A stretch of DNA of 64,000 nucleotides from the human T2T-CHM13v2.0 reference genome, Homo sapiens. The notes beneath the pieces were generated by a model. It saw only the letters and a program-made list of their open reading frames with translations, was not told the origin of the DNA and did not search any database. The stretch lies in the NCBI RefSeq assembly GCF_009914755.1, contig NC_060946.1. One strand, written 5' to 3'. Positions 50,541 through 63,560 of the stretch are shown piece after piece (the first letter of the stretch is position 1; each line of letters starts with the position of its first letter). A program made the translations under genes and the position numbers.

Positions 50541-52369
50541 GATGGTTACGAGATGGGTCTGCATTGCAGGGAGGTTGGTGAATTTCCCCCCAGGGACTTT
50601 CTGCTTCCCCTGAGGGTCCCTGGCCCCCTAGCACATCTCTGGCTGGGAGTAAGAGGGTCCCTAGTTCTTCCTCAGAGCACCCTGCCTCCTTGCTCAGACC
50701 AGGCACCTGCCTAGGGGGGGCCCTGCTTCCCTCCCACCAGCTGCCGGTCCTGCCCCTCCATTTTCAGTTGCAGTCATTTATCCTTCACATTTCCTGGCTC
50801 CTCTGTTCATCTAAACAGCTGGTGCTATTTGTTCTGGGTGATTTCCCTTATTTATTGCCACATTTTCGGGAGGCACATAACTCTGTCTTCTAACCATTTT
50901 ACTGCAGCCTCTTTAAATTGAAACAATTGATCAGGCCTTTGCTTTCCCTCTTTTGTTCCAGTCCCTCCTCCCCAGCTGCCCCCACCCCTTCTCTTTCAAG
51001 CAGCAATTAAATTTAAATCCATTTTCTCTGAAGAAAAGAATTCATCATGGTCCCAGGCCGAGGAGCACCCCAGAGTCCAGGGGACATTTCCGGATGTGCA
51101 GGGTAGACAAGGGGCAGCTGACTCTGCTCTTTTGGGGTGCAAGACAAATTCTGAGGGTTGCAGGGAGAGTGGCCAGAGTCTTGCTGGCATCACTGTGTGG
51201 AGTGCAATTACAGCAGGGCTGTGGGTCAGGGCAGGACGTACAGATAGCTCACTGGCCTTTAGCGATGATGTTAAGGCCGTTGTCCACGGGGAGTCACAGG
51301 GTCCCCTGTGAACATTTCCTTGGGTATCTGAGTTCCAGGCCAGGCATGGATGGAAAGAGGGAATGGACTTCTCATGGATGTGACAGCTGAGTCATGTTCC
51401 TACTTATCTCTCCCCGTTTTGTTTTAGCTACAAGGAAGCCAAGGGTCAAATGAACAGTTGGAATCTAAGAACTGATGGTGACCTCATTCCCATCCGATCC
51501 TGTGGATGGTGTTAGGTTGTGTGTTACCCACTCATAGCATCGGGGCTCTTGTATTTCAGCTCCCATCCCAAGTGCAGGCATAAAGGGATGGCTAACTGGT
51601 CACTGCTCGGTGGGCCTGAAGGCTGCAAGTTCCTGCCTCATCTCCTGAAGCCCAGAGAGCTGGTGAACGCCTCGTCACTTGTGCATTTAAAACAGAAGCT
51701 GTGATTTCGTTGGCCTGCTTAAATCTCCTAGGAGTTGGGGATGCTATGAATCCACCTGCAGCATCATTTTCTGTGGCCAAGTTCAAAGGGTCCTGAGAGG
51801 TGAGATGTCAGGAATACAATGAAAAGACTGAAAGCTGAGCAGGCAGCAGAACCCAGGGTCAGGTCCCAGCAGGTGGGGGTCCCAGCCAAAGTTTGGGTAC
51901 AAGTCTTCCGCTAGGAGGGTGCCCCTGCCCCAGCCGCTGCAGGTGCCAGCCTCCAGGCCCCCCTAAAGGAACCTCACCTGATCCTCCTGGGGCACCTAGG
52001 AGGAAGGAGATGTTGACTCCTGTTCGCAGAAATTTACATCAGAGGCAGACAAGGCCCTGTGATATTTACTTTGTCCTTTGCAGAACAGAGGGTGGGAGGA
52101 AATTCTTAATAAGGACACGTGAGCAGAATCTACCTTCGTGCTTGACCCTGCAGTGGGGAAAACCCCTCCCCTCAGTGCCCACTCCCGGTTCCTCATGCAC
52201 CCCCCAGACACCAGCCCCCCCAACTGCAGATGGTCCTTCCTTCACTCAGATGGGGGCCTTACGTCTGATCAGCACCACTGACGGTCCCAGGAGGCTGCCC
52301 TTTCCCTAGAGCATGGCCGCAGCCCTGGTGGGCAGGAGGAGGGAAATTGGCAGCAAACGGCGGGTTCCT

Positions 52370-52498
52370 TGTAATTTTTAAGTAGAAACGAGGTTTCTAC
52401 ATGTTGCCAGGCTGGTTTGGAACTCCTGAGCTCAAGCAATCTACCTGCCTCTGCTCTCCAACGTGCTGAGATTACAAGCATGAGCCACCATGCCTGAC
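52370..52498 (-). mobile_element. FLAM/AluJ left monomer
   Basis: gtagaaacgaggtttctacatgttgccaggctgg...ctcctgagctcaagcaatc...gagccaccatgcctg. Confidence 0.85.
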
Positions 52499-52989
52499 AG
52501 GGTTGTCTTTTTATTATTGGCTTATGGCAGTTATTTAGATATTGTGTTTTTGAGTTCTTTGTCAGATATTTGTTTCGTGAATATTTTCCCTTTATCTTTG
52601 AATTGCTTTCATTTTATGGTGGTTTTGATGACCAGGAGTTTTAAATTTTGATGAAGTTAAATATTTTTCTTCTATTATTACTTCTTTGTGACTTCTCTAA
52701 GAAATATTTTCTTACTCCAAGATTGTGCAGATGTTTTCTTTTAAAAGATTCATGGCTCCATGTGATACACCTTGAATTAATATTTGTGTATGTTGCAAGG
52801 TAGGGAACAAAATGTATTTTTCCCCATACATTTAGCTATTGTTCCACTATAATTTGCTGAAAAGACTTTCCTTTTCCTATTGAATTGCTCTAGTGCCTCA
52901 GTGGACTCTTTAGGTGTGGATCTATTTCTGGACTCTATTCTATTTCATTGATCTACTTGTCTATCTTTGCACTAACACAACCTACTCTT

Positions 52990-53169
52990 TTTTTTTTGTA
53001 TTTTTTTTTAGTATTATACTTTAAGTTCTAGGGCACATGTGCACAACGTGCAGGTTTGTTACATATGTATACATGCACTATGTTGGTGTGCCACACCCAT
53101 TAACTGGTCATTTACATTAGGTATATCTCCTAATACTATCCCTCCCCGCTCCCTCCACCCCGCGACAGG
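52990..53169 (-). mobile_element. Very short (180 bp) L1PA4/PA5-like insertion with 13-bp TSD
   Basis: tatactttaagttctaggg...ctccaccccgcgacagg; TSD ACAACCTACTCTT at 52977-52989 and 53170-53182. Confidence 0.9.
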
Positions 53170-55123
53170 ACAACCTACTCTTAATTATTGGAATTTTATA
53201 GTAAATCTTGAAATTGGAAAGTGTCCTTTCCAATCTTTCAAGATCTTTCCAAATCTTGAAATTGGAAAGAAGAATTTTATTCTTCTTTCTTCAGATTTTC
53301 TCGGATGTTCTAGACCCTTTACATTTCTAGATTAATTTTAGAATAAGCTTTTCACTTTCTACAGAAAGCCAGCTAGAATTTTGACTGAGGCTGAATAGAT
53401 GCTATAGATGAGTAAAGAGCATCAATATCTTAACACGATTGCATTTTCCAATCTATGAATATGGCATATCTGTTCATGTATTAAAAAATTAATTTCTCCC
53501 AACCTTTTTGGTTTATAACACAGTGATCTTACACATTTAAACATTAAATGTATTCTTAGGCATTGAATGGTTTTGGATTCTGTTACAAATTGTATTTAAT
53601 TTTTCAGTTTTTCAATTATTTCTTACTAATACATAGAAATTAATCTTTGTATATTGACTTCATATTCTGAAGTTTTGCTAAATTCGCCTGTTAATTTTAA
53701 TAGTTTCTTTTTTCTTAGGATTTTCCATTTGCACAGTCATGTCTGCCCATAAAGACTCTTTTACTTCTTTCTTTTCAATCTTTTTGCCATTTGTTTCCTT
53801 TTCTGATCTTACTGCACAAACTAGGGTACCTCCGTTAATGTGGAGTAGAAGTAGTGAAAGAATACATTTTGCCTTTTTCTTAATTGCAGAGTGAAAGCAT
53901 TCAATGTTTCATCAAGTATGATGTTAGCTTCAGAGTTTTCTTTTGCAGATAATCTATTAGATTAAGAACACTTCCTCTATTCCTAGTTCACTGAGAGTTT
54001 TTTCTTTTTAAAACCTTGAATGGGTATTGAATTTTATCAAATTCTTTCTCTGCATCTATTGAGATGATTTTTTTTCCTCCTTATTCTGTTGATTTGGTGA
54101 ATTATATTGAGTTTTAAATATTAAGCCAAACTTGCACCTTGCACCTGGGATAAATCTTACTTGTTTATAATACGTTAAAACACGAACACACACACACACA
54201 CACCACACACACATGCACAGAGGTTTTGACTTGCTAATACTTTGTTCAAAATTTTTGCATCTATGACTTAACAAGAACTTTGCCTATAATGTAATTTTAT
54301 TTTAATTTTTATATCATCTGACAATCTTGATTGCTAATTGGATTGTTTATTCTATTTACCTTTAAATAAATTACTGATAAATTTGGGTTTACATTTACTT
54401 TCTTATTATTTGTTTTCTATTTGTTACATCTATTCTCTGTTTAGTGCTTTCTCATGGAGTAGCTGAGTATTTTCTAGTATCCCATTTTATGTCCTTTCTT
54501 AGCCTTTTAGTCTCTCTTTTCTTTAAAGGGGTTGCTCTAGGTATTACAACATGCACCCTTAAAAGATCGCAGTGTACCTTGCATTAATATTATACCATTT
54601 CCGGTATAAGAACGTTACAACAGTATAATTTCCTTTAACCTCTCATGCTTTTTGTGCTATTGTTGCCATATATTTATTCCAATGTTATAAACATCATAGT
54701 TTGATAATATTATTGCTTCAAACATTCAATAATCTGTTGAAGGAAGTTCTGAATTAGTCTTTTATATTTATATATTTACCATTTCTGACTTTTTTCATTT
54801 TTCCCTGCAGATCTGGGTTTTCAATTATTGATCAAATTCCTTTAGTATTTTATGTAGTGTGGGTTTGCTGGCAATTTATTATATCAGCTTTTGTTTGTCT
54901 AATTATGTCTTTATTTTGCCTTCAATTTTTAAAAGATGTTTCTGCTGGACATAGAATTTTAGGTTGACAATTTTTTTTTTCTTTCAGCACTTTAAAAAGG
55001 TCATTCATTGTCTTCTCACTTCCACTGTTTTTGATGAAAAGTCAGCCATTATTCTTTGTGTCCTTTCACTAAAACTAATATCTTTCTCTCTGTTTTATCT
55101 TGGCCTGCTTTTAAGATTTTTCT

Positions 55124-55436
<313 letters not shown>

Positions 55437-56849
55437 AAGATTTTTCTACTTATCTTTGTTTTTCAACAATTTGACTAGGATTTGCTAAGTATGATTTTAT
55501 TTAGATGTACTCTGCTTGGGGTTTACTAAAATTTTTGGATATGTTGATTAGATCTGTGTCCAACCCATTCAATACATTATCTGCCTCATGAATAATATTT
55601 TATAGTTTTATAGTTTTATTTTATTTTGTAGAGCTTTCATTTTGCTGCTAAAATTTCCTCCTTGTTAGCTCATTCAGACCATATTTTTCCCTAAATTAGT
55701 TTAAACATTTATAATAAAAATTTAACATTATTATGTGCTAATTCCATCTGGGTCATATGTCTCTGCCTCTATTAACTGTCTTATTTTCTTAATGATTGGT
55801 CATATTTTCAACCAAGAGTTCAACTGAGCTGGGAATGGGCCATTGCTTTCATTCATTTTAGTTCCTCTCTGATTCAAAAGTATTGAGGCTGAGGTTAGGT
55901 CTTCTGATACCCCCAGGCCCAGCCCCTGGGAGACTATGACAATGTCTCTTTGCCCTCAATTCCAACCCCCAATTTCTCTTGCTACCTCCATGGAGGGCCT
56001 TATTTTTGTGGTCTTATCAGGAGTCGAGTTGATTGATTCAGTTACAGCTTTGGCTAATTGCAGTTCACCTGTGAATTCAACTGTTCTGAGAATGAAGTCA
56101 AACATCTCCCACCCTGCCTCCATCCCCAGGACGGTCCTGGAATCTGGAATCTAAACATCATGAGACTACAAGAGCTCTATCTGCTTTCTGGCCTCACCCG
56201 TCTTTGCCTCTTACTTAGAATTGTCTGAGATTATAGTAGAATTGTCGAGTAATAGGGATTATTTTTATTTTATAGGCTCTTTCAAATTCCACTCTGTCAT
56301 TTAAGCCTACAGTGCTAAAATGTTCAGCTGGTTTCTCCTTGAGCTTGTAGCCTCCTTGCCTGTGCCAGGCTCATGCCTCCGCCCACCCAGCTCCCAGCCT
56401 TGGTAACCATCCTAGATGTGTTGGCAGACATTGGTCTCTGCTCACCTATGAAGGCCTTGTATTTATTTGGAATTTGGTTCATTTAGACTTCTCTGCATTT
56501 ATAGCTCTTTGAAGGCTTACTATTATGATTTTGTTGTTTATATGGTGTTTTCTTGCTGTCATGGTGAAGTAATGATCTTTATCTTCTAAATCCTCACTAG
56601 AAGCAGAACTCTGCTGCAAACATAGTTTCTGGTGTATTGCTGACAAATGGGAGACATCACTAAAGGGAAAATTAGGACAAAGAAACCTCCTAAGCATTTA
56701 TAGAGCTTCAGTATGAGCCCTAAGTGTGTGGAGAACATTTGTCTCAAGAGCTGCTATTTGGAGGGTGGGGCTTGAGTCCCCAGCAAGGCGAAGGAGTTGA
56801 ACTCAACCCTTCCTCAGCAGCCTGAGGCCTTAAGGGGATATTGTGATCC

Positions 56850-57120
56850 TAGGTCCGAATCAACCCCAGGGTACTGGAAGAAGAAAACCAAATCCTTCTT
56901 GGAGGAATGCACCCTCAATGTAAGCCTTCAGGACACCCATAGATTAAGATCAACAGAATATGAGCTCATAATGAAGATTTTACCAACACACCAGGAAACA
57001 CTGCCATGATAGAGTCAGCAAAAATAACAAGCACAGATTTAGACCCCCAAGGAGTTCATGTACTGGAGTTGTCAGATACAGAATGTAAAATGCAGATGCA
57101 TAAAATATTTTAGAAGTGGA
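56850..57120 (+). mobile_element. Old L1ME 5'-region fragment
   Basis: ccatgatagagtcagcaaaaataacaagcacagatttagacccccaagga...tggagttgtcagatacagaat. Confidence 0.5.
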
Positions 57121-57189
57121 AGCCGGAATCTGCCCATGGGGGAAACCCCCTGACTGAGGGGATTCTGCACAGGCAGGAGTGACTGTGGT

Positions 57190-57470
57190 CCTAGGTGACC
57201 TGGAAGGTTCCAAGGAGGTTACCTAGGGAGGAAGAAGGTTTTTGGAGGTTACTTCGGGAACCTAAGGGAAGAGATTACCTAAGAAATTATCTAGGGAGGA
57301 GGTTACCTAGGAAGAAGATTCCAGGAGGTTACTTAGGGAGGAGGTTACCTAGAGAAGACATTACCTAAGAAATTATCTAGGTAGGAGGGTACCTGGGAGG
57401 AGGTACCTAGGAGGAGCTTACCTAGGGAGGGTGTTACTCAGGAGGAGGTTACCTAGGGAGGAAGCTAGGG
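57190..57470 (+). repeat. Degenerate ~17-18-bp minisatellite (ggaggaggttacctag)
   Basis: ttacctag and ttacttag variants repeated more than 10 times; attacctaagaaattatctagg occurs twice. Confidence 0.85.
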
Positions 57471-58159
57471 GGAACCTCCCCAGATTCCCCCAGCAGGTGT
57501 CTCCAGTCCTCAGGTAAGCTGGGAGGATCACACGAAGACCATCCAGTCCAAACATTCAATTTTACACATCAGGAGACTGAGGCCTGAGAGGTGAAGGACT
57601 CACTCAAGGCCTATTCCTCACTGTGGTAGGACCCAAACGGTGCTCTCCTGACCCCCAAGGGCCCATGGGTTTCCCAGGGCTGGGAGGCCCTGAAGCCCTG
57701 TGACGGCCTTGGGACACAGAGGTCAAGCAGGACCATGCAGAATCTGAAGGCAGGCAGTGTTCCAGGACAGGAGCTGTCAGAAATGTCGAGTGCTGCTGAG
57801 CTGCCAGAGAAACCCTCTTTAGAAATGGAGGTCTTCCATGGCTTTCCACTGCTTATGGAATGAACCCAGGCTGTCCCAAGGCTCATGGGTCCCATGGGAT
57901 CCGGCCCCTGCCCACATCTCCAGCGAGTCCTCCTAGGGGCCAGTGCTGGGCAGATTCACTTCCTTTGAGGTTGTTGGACCTGTTTGGTTTTCACATATGA
58001 ACACGTACGACAATGACCAAGCCACAGCTTCAGCGAAGCCATTGCAAATACTTGCCACTGATGTTCTGTGGGGCATGGAAGGGAGCGGGGGTTCCTCAAA
58101 CTCCAGAGAACTAAAGACACTTCCCAGAAGAAGGGAGGTCAGTGTGGGGTGGAGTGTGG

Positions 58160-58530
58160 GAAACTTGGCTCTGCCATTTTTACCAGTGTCATCTTCGGCA
58201 AGTCAGGTAATCTCCATGCACTTGGTTTCTCCATCAAGTGGAATAATGAGACCTTTTGCACTGTTCTGAATTAGAAGTAAGGTCACTAAAGCTGCTTGCA
58301 CAATCTCGAGCCCTGATATTGTCATTTCAGCCATCGTAATGATAACAACACTATTTTATTCTATTGTTTTATTTGATGCTCACGGCTCCTGTGAGGGGAG
58401 TACAGGTGAGTCTTGATGGTTTCTACTTTACAATGAGAAGTCTGAGGCACAGAGAAGAGTTCAGTGTGCAAACTGTGCCCAGAAAGGGCTGTGACTAACT
58501 ACAAAGACATGCAGCCAACCTGGGGCAGAA
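58160..58530. mobile_element. Tail-to-tail MIR pair
   Basis: Plus copy ggcaagtcaggtaatctc...gtttctccatcaagtggaataat; minus copy ctttacaatgagaagtctgaggcacagaga. Confidence 0.65.
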
Positions 58531-58595
58531 GCTAACTGCTAACTGGAGACCTGGAGTCACTGGGTCCTGGTGCCGCCTCTCTCCTCCAGGGGTGC

Positions 58596-58610
58596 TGTGT
58601 GTGTGTGTGT

Positions 58611-58651
<41 letters not shown>
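58596..58651 (+). repeat. (TG)n microsatellite, ~28 units with one TA interruption
   Basis: Seen directly in the sequence. Confidence 0.97.
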
Positions 58652-58652
<1 letters not shown>

Positions 58653-59751
58653 TCTGTCCCGAGCCAGCCATAATGTAGGACCCTGAGTTCTGGGAGGCAG
58701 CACCAGGGAACACGTCAGTCCGAGCACCCAGGAGATGGGGTTGTCTTCTAAGCCACATCGACAGGAAGAATCCCAGAGGCGGCACTGGAAGGATGTTGTC
58801 TCTGTGGCCAAACTCAGCCCTGGTTTTGTTGGGACTCAGTGATTCATTTAGGACAGATGGTGTCATGGCCGGCTTAGGTGGCTGTCATTGCATGAGAATG
58901 TGACCAAGACAGCACCATCAGGAGAAAGAGTTTTACCTGAACAGTAAGAGTAGATGTGAGGCTGAGTGCCTGCTTAGGAGGGGAGCTTTGGGCTGGCTGG
59001 TCAACCTGCAGTGCCTGTCAGTGGTGAAATGGGAAGGCCGCTCAGACACAGCTGATAGGAGGTGTGAACCTGGCCCTGGGGGAGAAGAACTTGGAAAAGC
59101 AGGGCTCAGGGCAGGGAGCACTTTCTCCTCCTCCGCACCAGCTCCGAGTCTGATTTATTTCTGCAGAATTGCGTTAGAGGGATGAGCTGTACCGAATGAC
59201 CAAGCAGCGGGTGTGCCGAGATTCGGGGCCATCCTGGACTTCCAAATGGCCTGTGCTCTGAATAGACCTTTTGTTCGGTGTGGCAGTAATGAAGGAGGGG
59301 AATTGGCAGCAGATGCCCAGAAAGGGCTGTGACTAAGTGTCCATTATAAGTGGAGCAGTTTAATAAAAAAATCCATGTAATTTATTTGAATAAAAATATG
59401 TGTTCTTTCACAAGCCCATTCTCTCCCCAGTCTTTCCACATTAATAGATCATTAATACTCCATGAATGGGTAATCATCTTCTTGGAAAACAAATGCAAGG
59501 GCATAAAAGGAAAATTATGGTCGTTTAAACTTAAAAAAAAGGATTGTTGGGGGAAGGAAGAGCTGTGTTCACAAAAACAGCCAGCTCCTGTCGCCGGCTT
59601 TGGGAGTGGGAAGGTCTGTGGATCTGCACCAGGGGACTCACGGTGGACAGAGCCTGGGTACTCACTGCACACCCCGGCCTGCGGAGGGTGCCCTAGGTCC
59701 ACTGCAGCAGGGGGCCACCCACAAAGGGCTTGATACAAGGTCAGCTGTCCT

Positions 59752-59888
59752 GAGCAGGTCCCACCAGGGCAGGTCCAGGTGAGCAGATCTGGGTGAGCAG
59801 GTCTGGGTGAGCAGGTCTGGATGAGCAGGTCCAGGAGAGCAGGTCCAGGTGAGCAGACACAGGTGAGCAGGTCTGGGTGAGCAGGTTC
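59752..59888 (+). repeat. 14-bp minisatellite (gagcaggtcYRggt), ~9 copies
   Basis: gagcag at 59781, 59795, 59809, 59823, 59837, 59851, 59865 and 59879. Confidence 0.92.
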
Positions 59889-60509
59889 AACAGGAGGGAA
59901 CCCCAGGATGGGATGCATCGCCACAGACCAAATATCTGGAGGGTGTCCCGGAGAACCTGTGCTTTTTTGGGATTCCCTTGTTGCAGCTGCACCTGGGCCC
60001 TGCTGCTCATGCTCTGTCCGTCCAAATGGCCTCCTTTTGGCTTTCGAACCCCACAGTGGGAGAGGACCCAGCCTTGGACCTGATGCCCTGCCCACCTCTT
60101 GCTGGAAGACTTCCTTGAATCCGACCCTTTTGAACAATTCAGCAACTTCAGATGAGACTTCCTCCTTTAGAGTCTCCATTTCCTCGTCTGTAACCTAAGG
60201 TGGTTGGACTGTGCGATACATTTGTTCATTGTTCATTCACTCACTGATTCCACAATCACAGCAGGCTGTGAAGTGAGCAGCAGGCTCTGCTCTTGTGTGG
60301 CTTCTCTGTAGCTGTGGCTTTCACGAGAGAATGGATAATGTTTGAGGTGAGGGAGAAAATGGGAAATCCAGCCTTTTGACGGCTATTTGGAACATCGGGT
60401 GTTTGCAGTTCCAGCCACATGTCGTGAGCTTCCCATGAGCTCTGCATTTTGACAAAGAAATGGTTTCTTGAGCATTTATCATCACTACCTGCATCTTGAG
60501 CTGAGCCAT

Positions 60510-60887
60510 TGATATGGTTAGGCTTTTTGTCCCCATCCAAATCTCATCTTGAATTGTAATCCCCATAATCCCCACATGTCAAGGGAGAGATGAGGTGGAG
60601 GTAATTGAATCATGAGGGTGTCTTCCCCCATGCTGTTCTCATGATAGTGAGTGAGTTCTCAGAGACCTGATGGTTTTATAAGAGACTCCTCCCCCTTCAC
60701 TTAGCACTTCTCCTTCCTGCTGCCTTGTGAAGAAGGTGCCTTGCTTCCCTTTTGCCTACAGCCACGAGTGTAAGTTTCCTGAGGCCTCCCCAGCCATACT
60801 GAACTGTGAGTCGATTAAACCTCTTTCCTTTATGAGTTACCCAGTCTCAGGCAGTTCTTTATAGGAATATGGAAGTGGATGAAAACA
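60510..60887 (+). mobile_element. THE1 (C/D-like) solo LTR
   Basis: tgatatggttagg...ccaaatctcatcttgaattgtaatccccataatcccc...gaaaaca; perfect 5-bp TSD GCCAT. Confidence 0.92.
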
Positions 60888-61244
60888 GCCATCAATGGTG
60901 CGGTGCAGGGAGTGTCCACCAGTTCATGAGCATGCTTTGCACACTGAGTCTACTTCTTTCTCCAACATTTTTTTTGGGCATCTCCGTGTGCCAGGTAGAG
61001 GCATGAGGCTCCAAGATGAGTAAAGATGTGAGCTCCAGCCATGGGTGTCGGTCTGTCTGCTTTGCTCTTAGTGTATCTTCAGCACTCAGGACAGAGCCTG
61101 GTGCCTGCTAGGTGTTGAAGAAACATCAGGAGTGAAAGAATGAGAGTCTGTCTCTGCCCTCTAGACCTTCCTAGTACAGAGAAAGTCAATGGCCACAGAA
61201 CATGTTCTGCAACGGGCTGAGGCCCCATGCCTGGGTCTCAGCTC

Positions 61245-61495
61245 AACTCTTCCCTCCCCTCCTCTCCTCTCACTTCCCTGCCTTTATTTCCCCTCTTCTC
61301 CTCCTATTTCTCTCCCTCTCTTTCTCTCCTTTTCTTCCCTCCTATTCCCTCTTCTTCCTTATCATTACCCCTTCCCTTCTCTTCCCTTTCCTCCCCTCCC
61401 TCTCCCTTCTCCCTACTTCTCTCCCATTTCCCTTTCCCCTTCACCTCTGCCCTCTCCTCTCCCCTCCCCATTGACTCTCCCACTCAGTCCTTCCT
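61245..61495 (+). repeat. Polypyrimidine (CT-rich) tract
   Basis: Nearly pure C/T. Confidence 0.9.
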
Positions 61496-62129
61496 TAAGG
61501 ATCCCACTGGATTTAGCCACGTGCCCCACATGGCCCTCGGCATGCTCACATCCCTTTGTGTGTCTGTCCCCCAGGGTGGAGACTCCCCAGGGGCAGATTC
61601 CATAGCTAGTTGTTTTCCTTGGCCCAGCACATAGCACGGAGTCAGAATGTCTGCTATACCAAAGACGTGTCTGGGGAAGTAGGAGACCAGAGGGCAGAGA
61701 GGGCTTCCTGGAGGAGGGGGCACACACATGTCCCTGGGTTATCTCACACTACAAGCTGGGGTCAACAGCGGCATTTCAGGCTGCAGTAGCCTCTCCGGGT
61801 TGAGCACACGATGGTCTGAGCAAGTGGCAGCAGCTAGCTGCCTGGATTTGTGGCTGTGGGTATTTATGCAGTCCTGATACACAAATTGATTTGGGTCTGA
61901 TCTCAGCTGCTGAGGCATCCGTTATGGACCGGCCCACCCTGTCTGAAATGTCATCTTCTCTTAAAACATCCTCCAAGCCTCTGTCCCCATGTCATCCTCC
62001 AAGAACAAGGACGTCAACATTTACTCAGAGAAACTGAGGTGCAGAGAGACGCATCAGCAGCTGGGAAGGAGCCACCTTGGGGGAGAGGAGCCCTCCTCTC
62101 TGGCAGTGGAATACAGGGTGGGGCTGGAG

Positions 62130-62490
62130 GGTGAACCTGGCTCTGCTGTTCCCTAGCTATTGTGGGACCTGGGCAATTTCTTATGCTCACTGGGACTCAC
62201 TTTTCTCATCTACAAAATGCAGAGATGGGGCTTAATTTATAGGGTTATTTTGGGGATTAGATTTTGGTTAGCGCAGGCAAAGTGCTTAAAATAGCCCTGT
62301 GAGGTGGTCGGTGCTCCAAGCATGCTGATCCTCCATGAGCCATCCTTTCTACAGATGTGAGCAGTGGCTCCGGTCTAGGCACTAGGCAATTCACACATGT
62401 TGATCTTTAATTTACAACGTCCTAGGCTTCCTGTGGAGTATTAATAGCTTCATTATGCAGAAGAGGAACAACTGAAGCTCAAATACAGCT
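62130..62490. mobile_element. MIR fragments (plus then minus)
   Basis: ctcacttttctcatctacaaaatg...aaagtgcttaaaatag; cattatgcagaagaggaacaactgaagctc. Confidence 0.65.
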
Positions 62491-63214
62491 GGGAAGCAGT
62501 AAAACAAGGATTAAAAAGTAACCAAAACCCGTGTTCTTATTTCATTTTAGACATCAGGCCGCCTCACAACAGAGACACGGCTGATGTTTCTGGGTTACAA
62601 AGGCACCTGTAGCCTAGCTCTGGAACCAGAGCACAAGAACCTCAAAGCCTAAGCGCATTCCCCACTGGGTTCTGGAGGGGGAGCTCAGCTTCCCCTGGGT
62701 GATCCCACATGGAGATCACCACATGGAGATCCCACGTGGAGTTGGATCTCCAAGGAGGACAGTGACACCATCTCCACACTCTGGGACACCATCTTTCAGA
62801 AGCTCTCTGGGGTGCAGGGCCCCTCCATCCTCACACTGCCCTGCTTAAATTCTCTCCTTGAGTGAGTTTCTTTTTCTTTCTCTGAACTGAATGGGGAGAA
62901 ACTTTCAGATGGGCATTTTCAGAGCCCCTTTCAGAGGTGAAGAGAAGATAAGATATCCAGGACAAGTGTTTCTGAAAAACTCATTTGTCCAGGCAGCTTG
63001 TGCACGCATGTGTGGCCTCAGGAGAGCCTTCCCCGGAGGCCCCTGTAGCTCCAGGCTGGACTCATTGCATCACCGCCTCACTGCAGCCAGTGCCCAGCTC
63101 CATGCCACCTGGGCATGGGTCGTGTCTGCAGCTGGTCCTGGGCTCACTGTAGCAGGGGCAAAACCTGGGTAGCTTCAGCCACAGGCAGAGAAAACAGGAG
63201 ACGTTGCCGGGGCT

Positions 63215-63400
63215 GGGACCCTCCACTAGGGCTGTGTGACCTCTGGTGAGTGACTTGGCATCTCTGTGCCTCAGTTACCTTGTCTGCATGGTGGGGGACT
63301 ACAGCGCTGTCCTCACAAGCTCTTGGAAACATCAAGTGACGTATTTCATGAGGAGCCCTTAGAACAATGCCTGCACTCAGTGAGTGCTGGGGTAAATGTC
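63215..63400 (+). mobile_element. MIR
   Basis: gctgtgtgacctctggtgagtgactt...ctctgtgcctcagttacc...cttagaacaatgcctgcac. Confidence 0.75.
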
Positions 63401-63409
63401 ACCCGCTCT

Positions 63410-63560
63410 GCAGTCCCCTGGGACCGCCATAACAAAATGTCACAAACTGGGTGCTTGAAACATGAGTTGACTCTGTCATTGCTCTGGAGGCCGGAAGGCC
63501 GCAATGGAGGTGTGTGCAGGGCCTTGCCTCCTCCAAAGGTCCTGTCACTCAGGGCCTTGG
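63410..63560 (-). mobile_element. MLT1 LTR fragment
   Basis: gccataacaaaatgtcacaaactgggtgcttgaaaca...ctctggaggccggaagg. Confidence 0.7.

Noticed and set aside
59382-60179. 265-aa minus-strand ORF
   Set aside because: It spans the 14-bp minisatellite and has no recognisable domain or supported exon structure.
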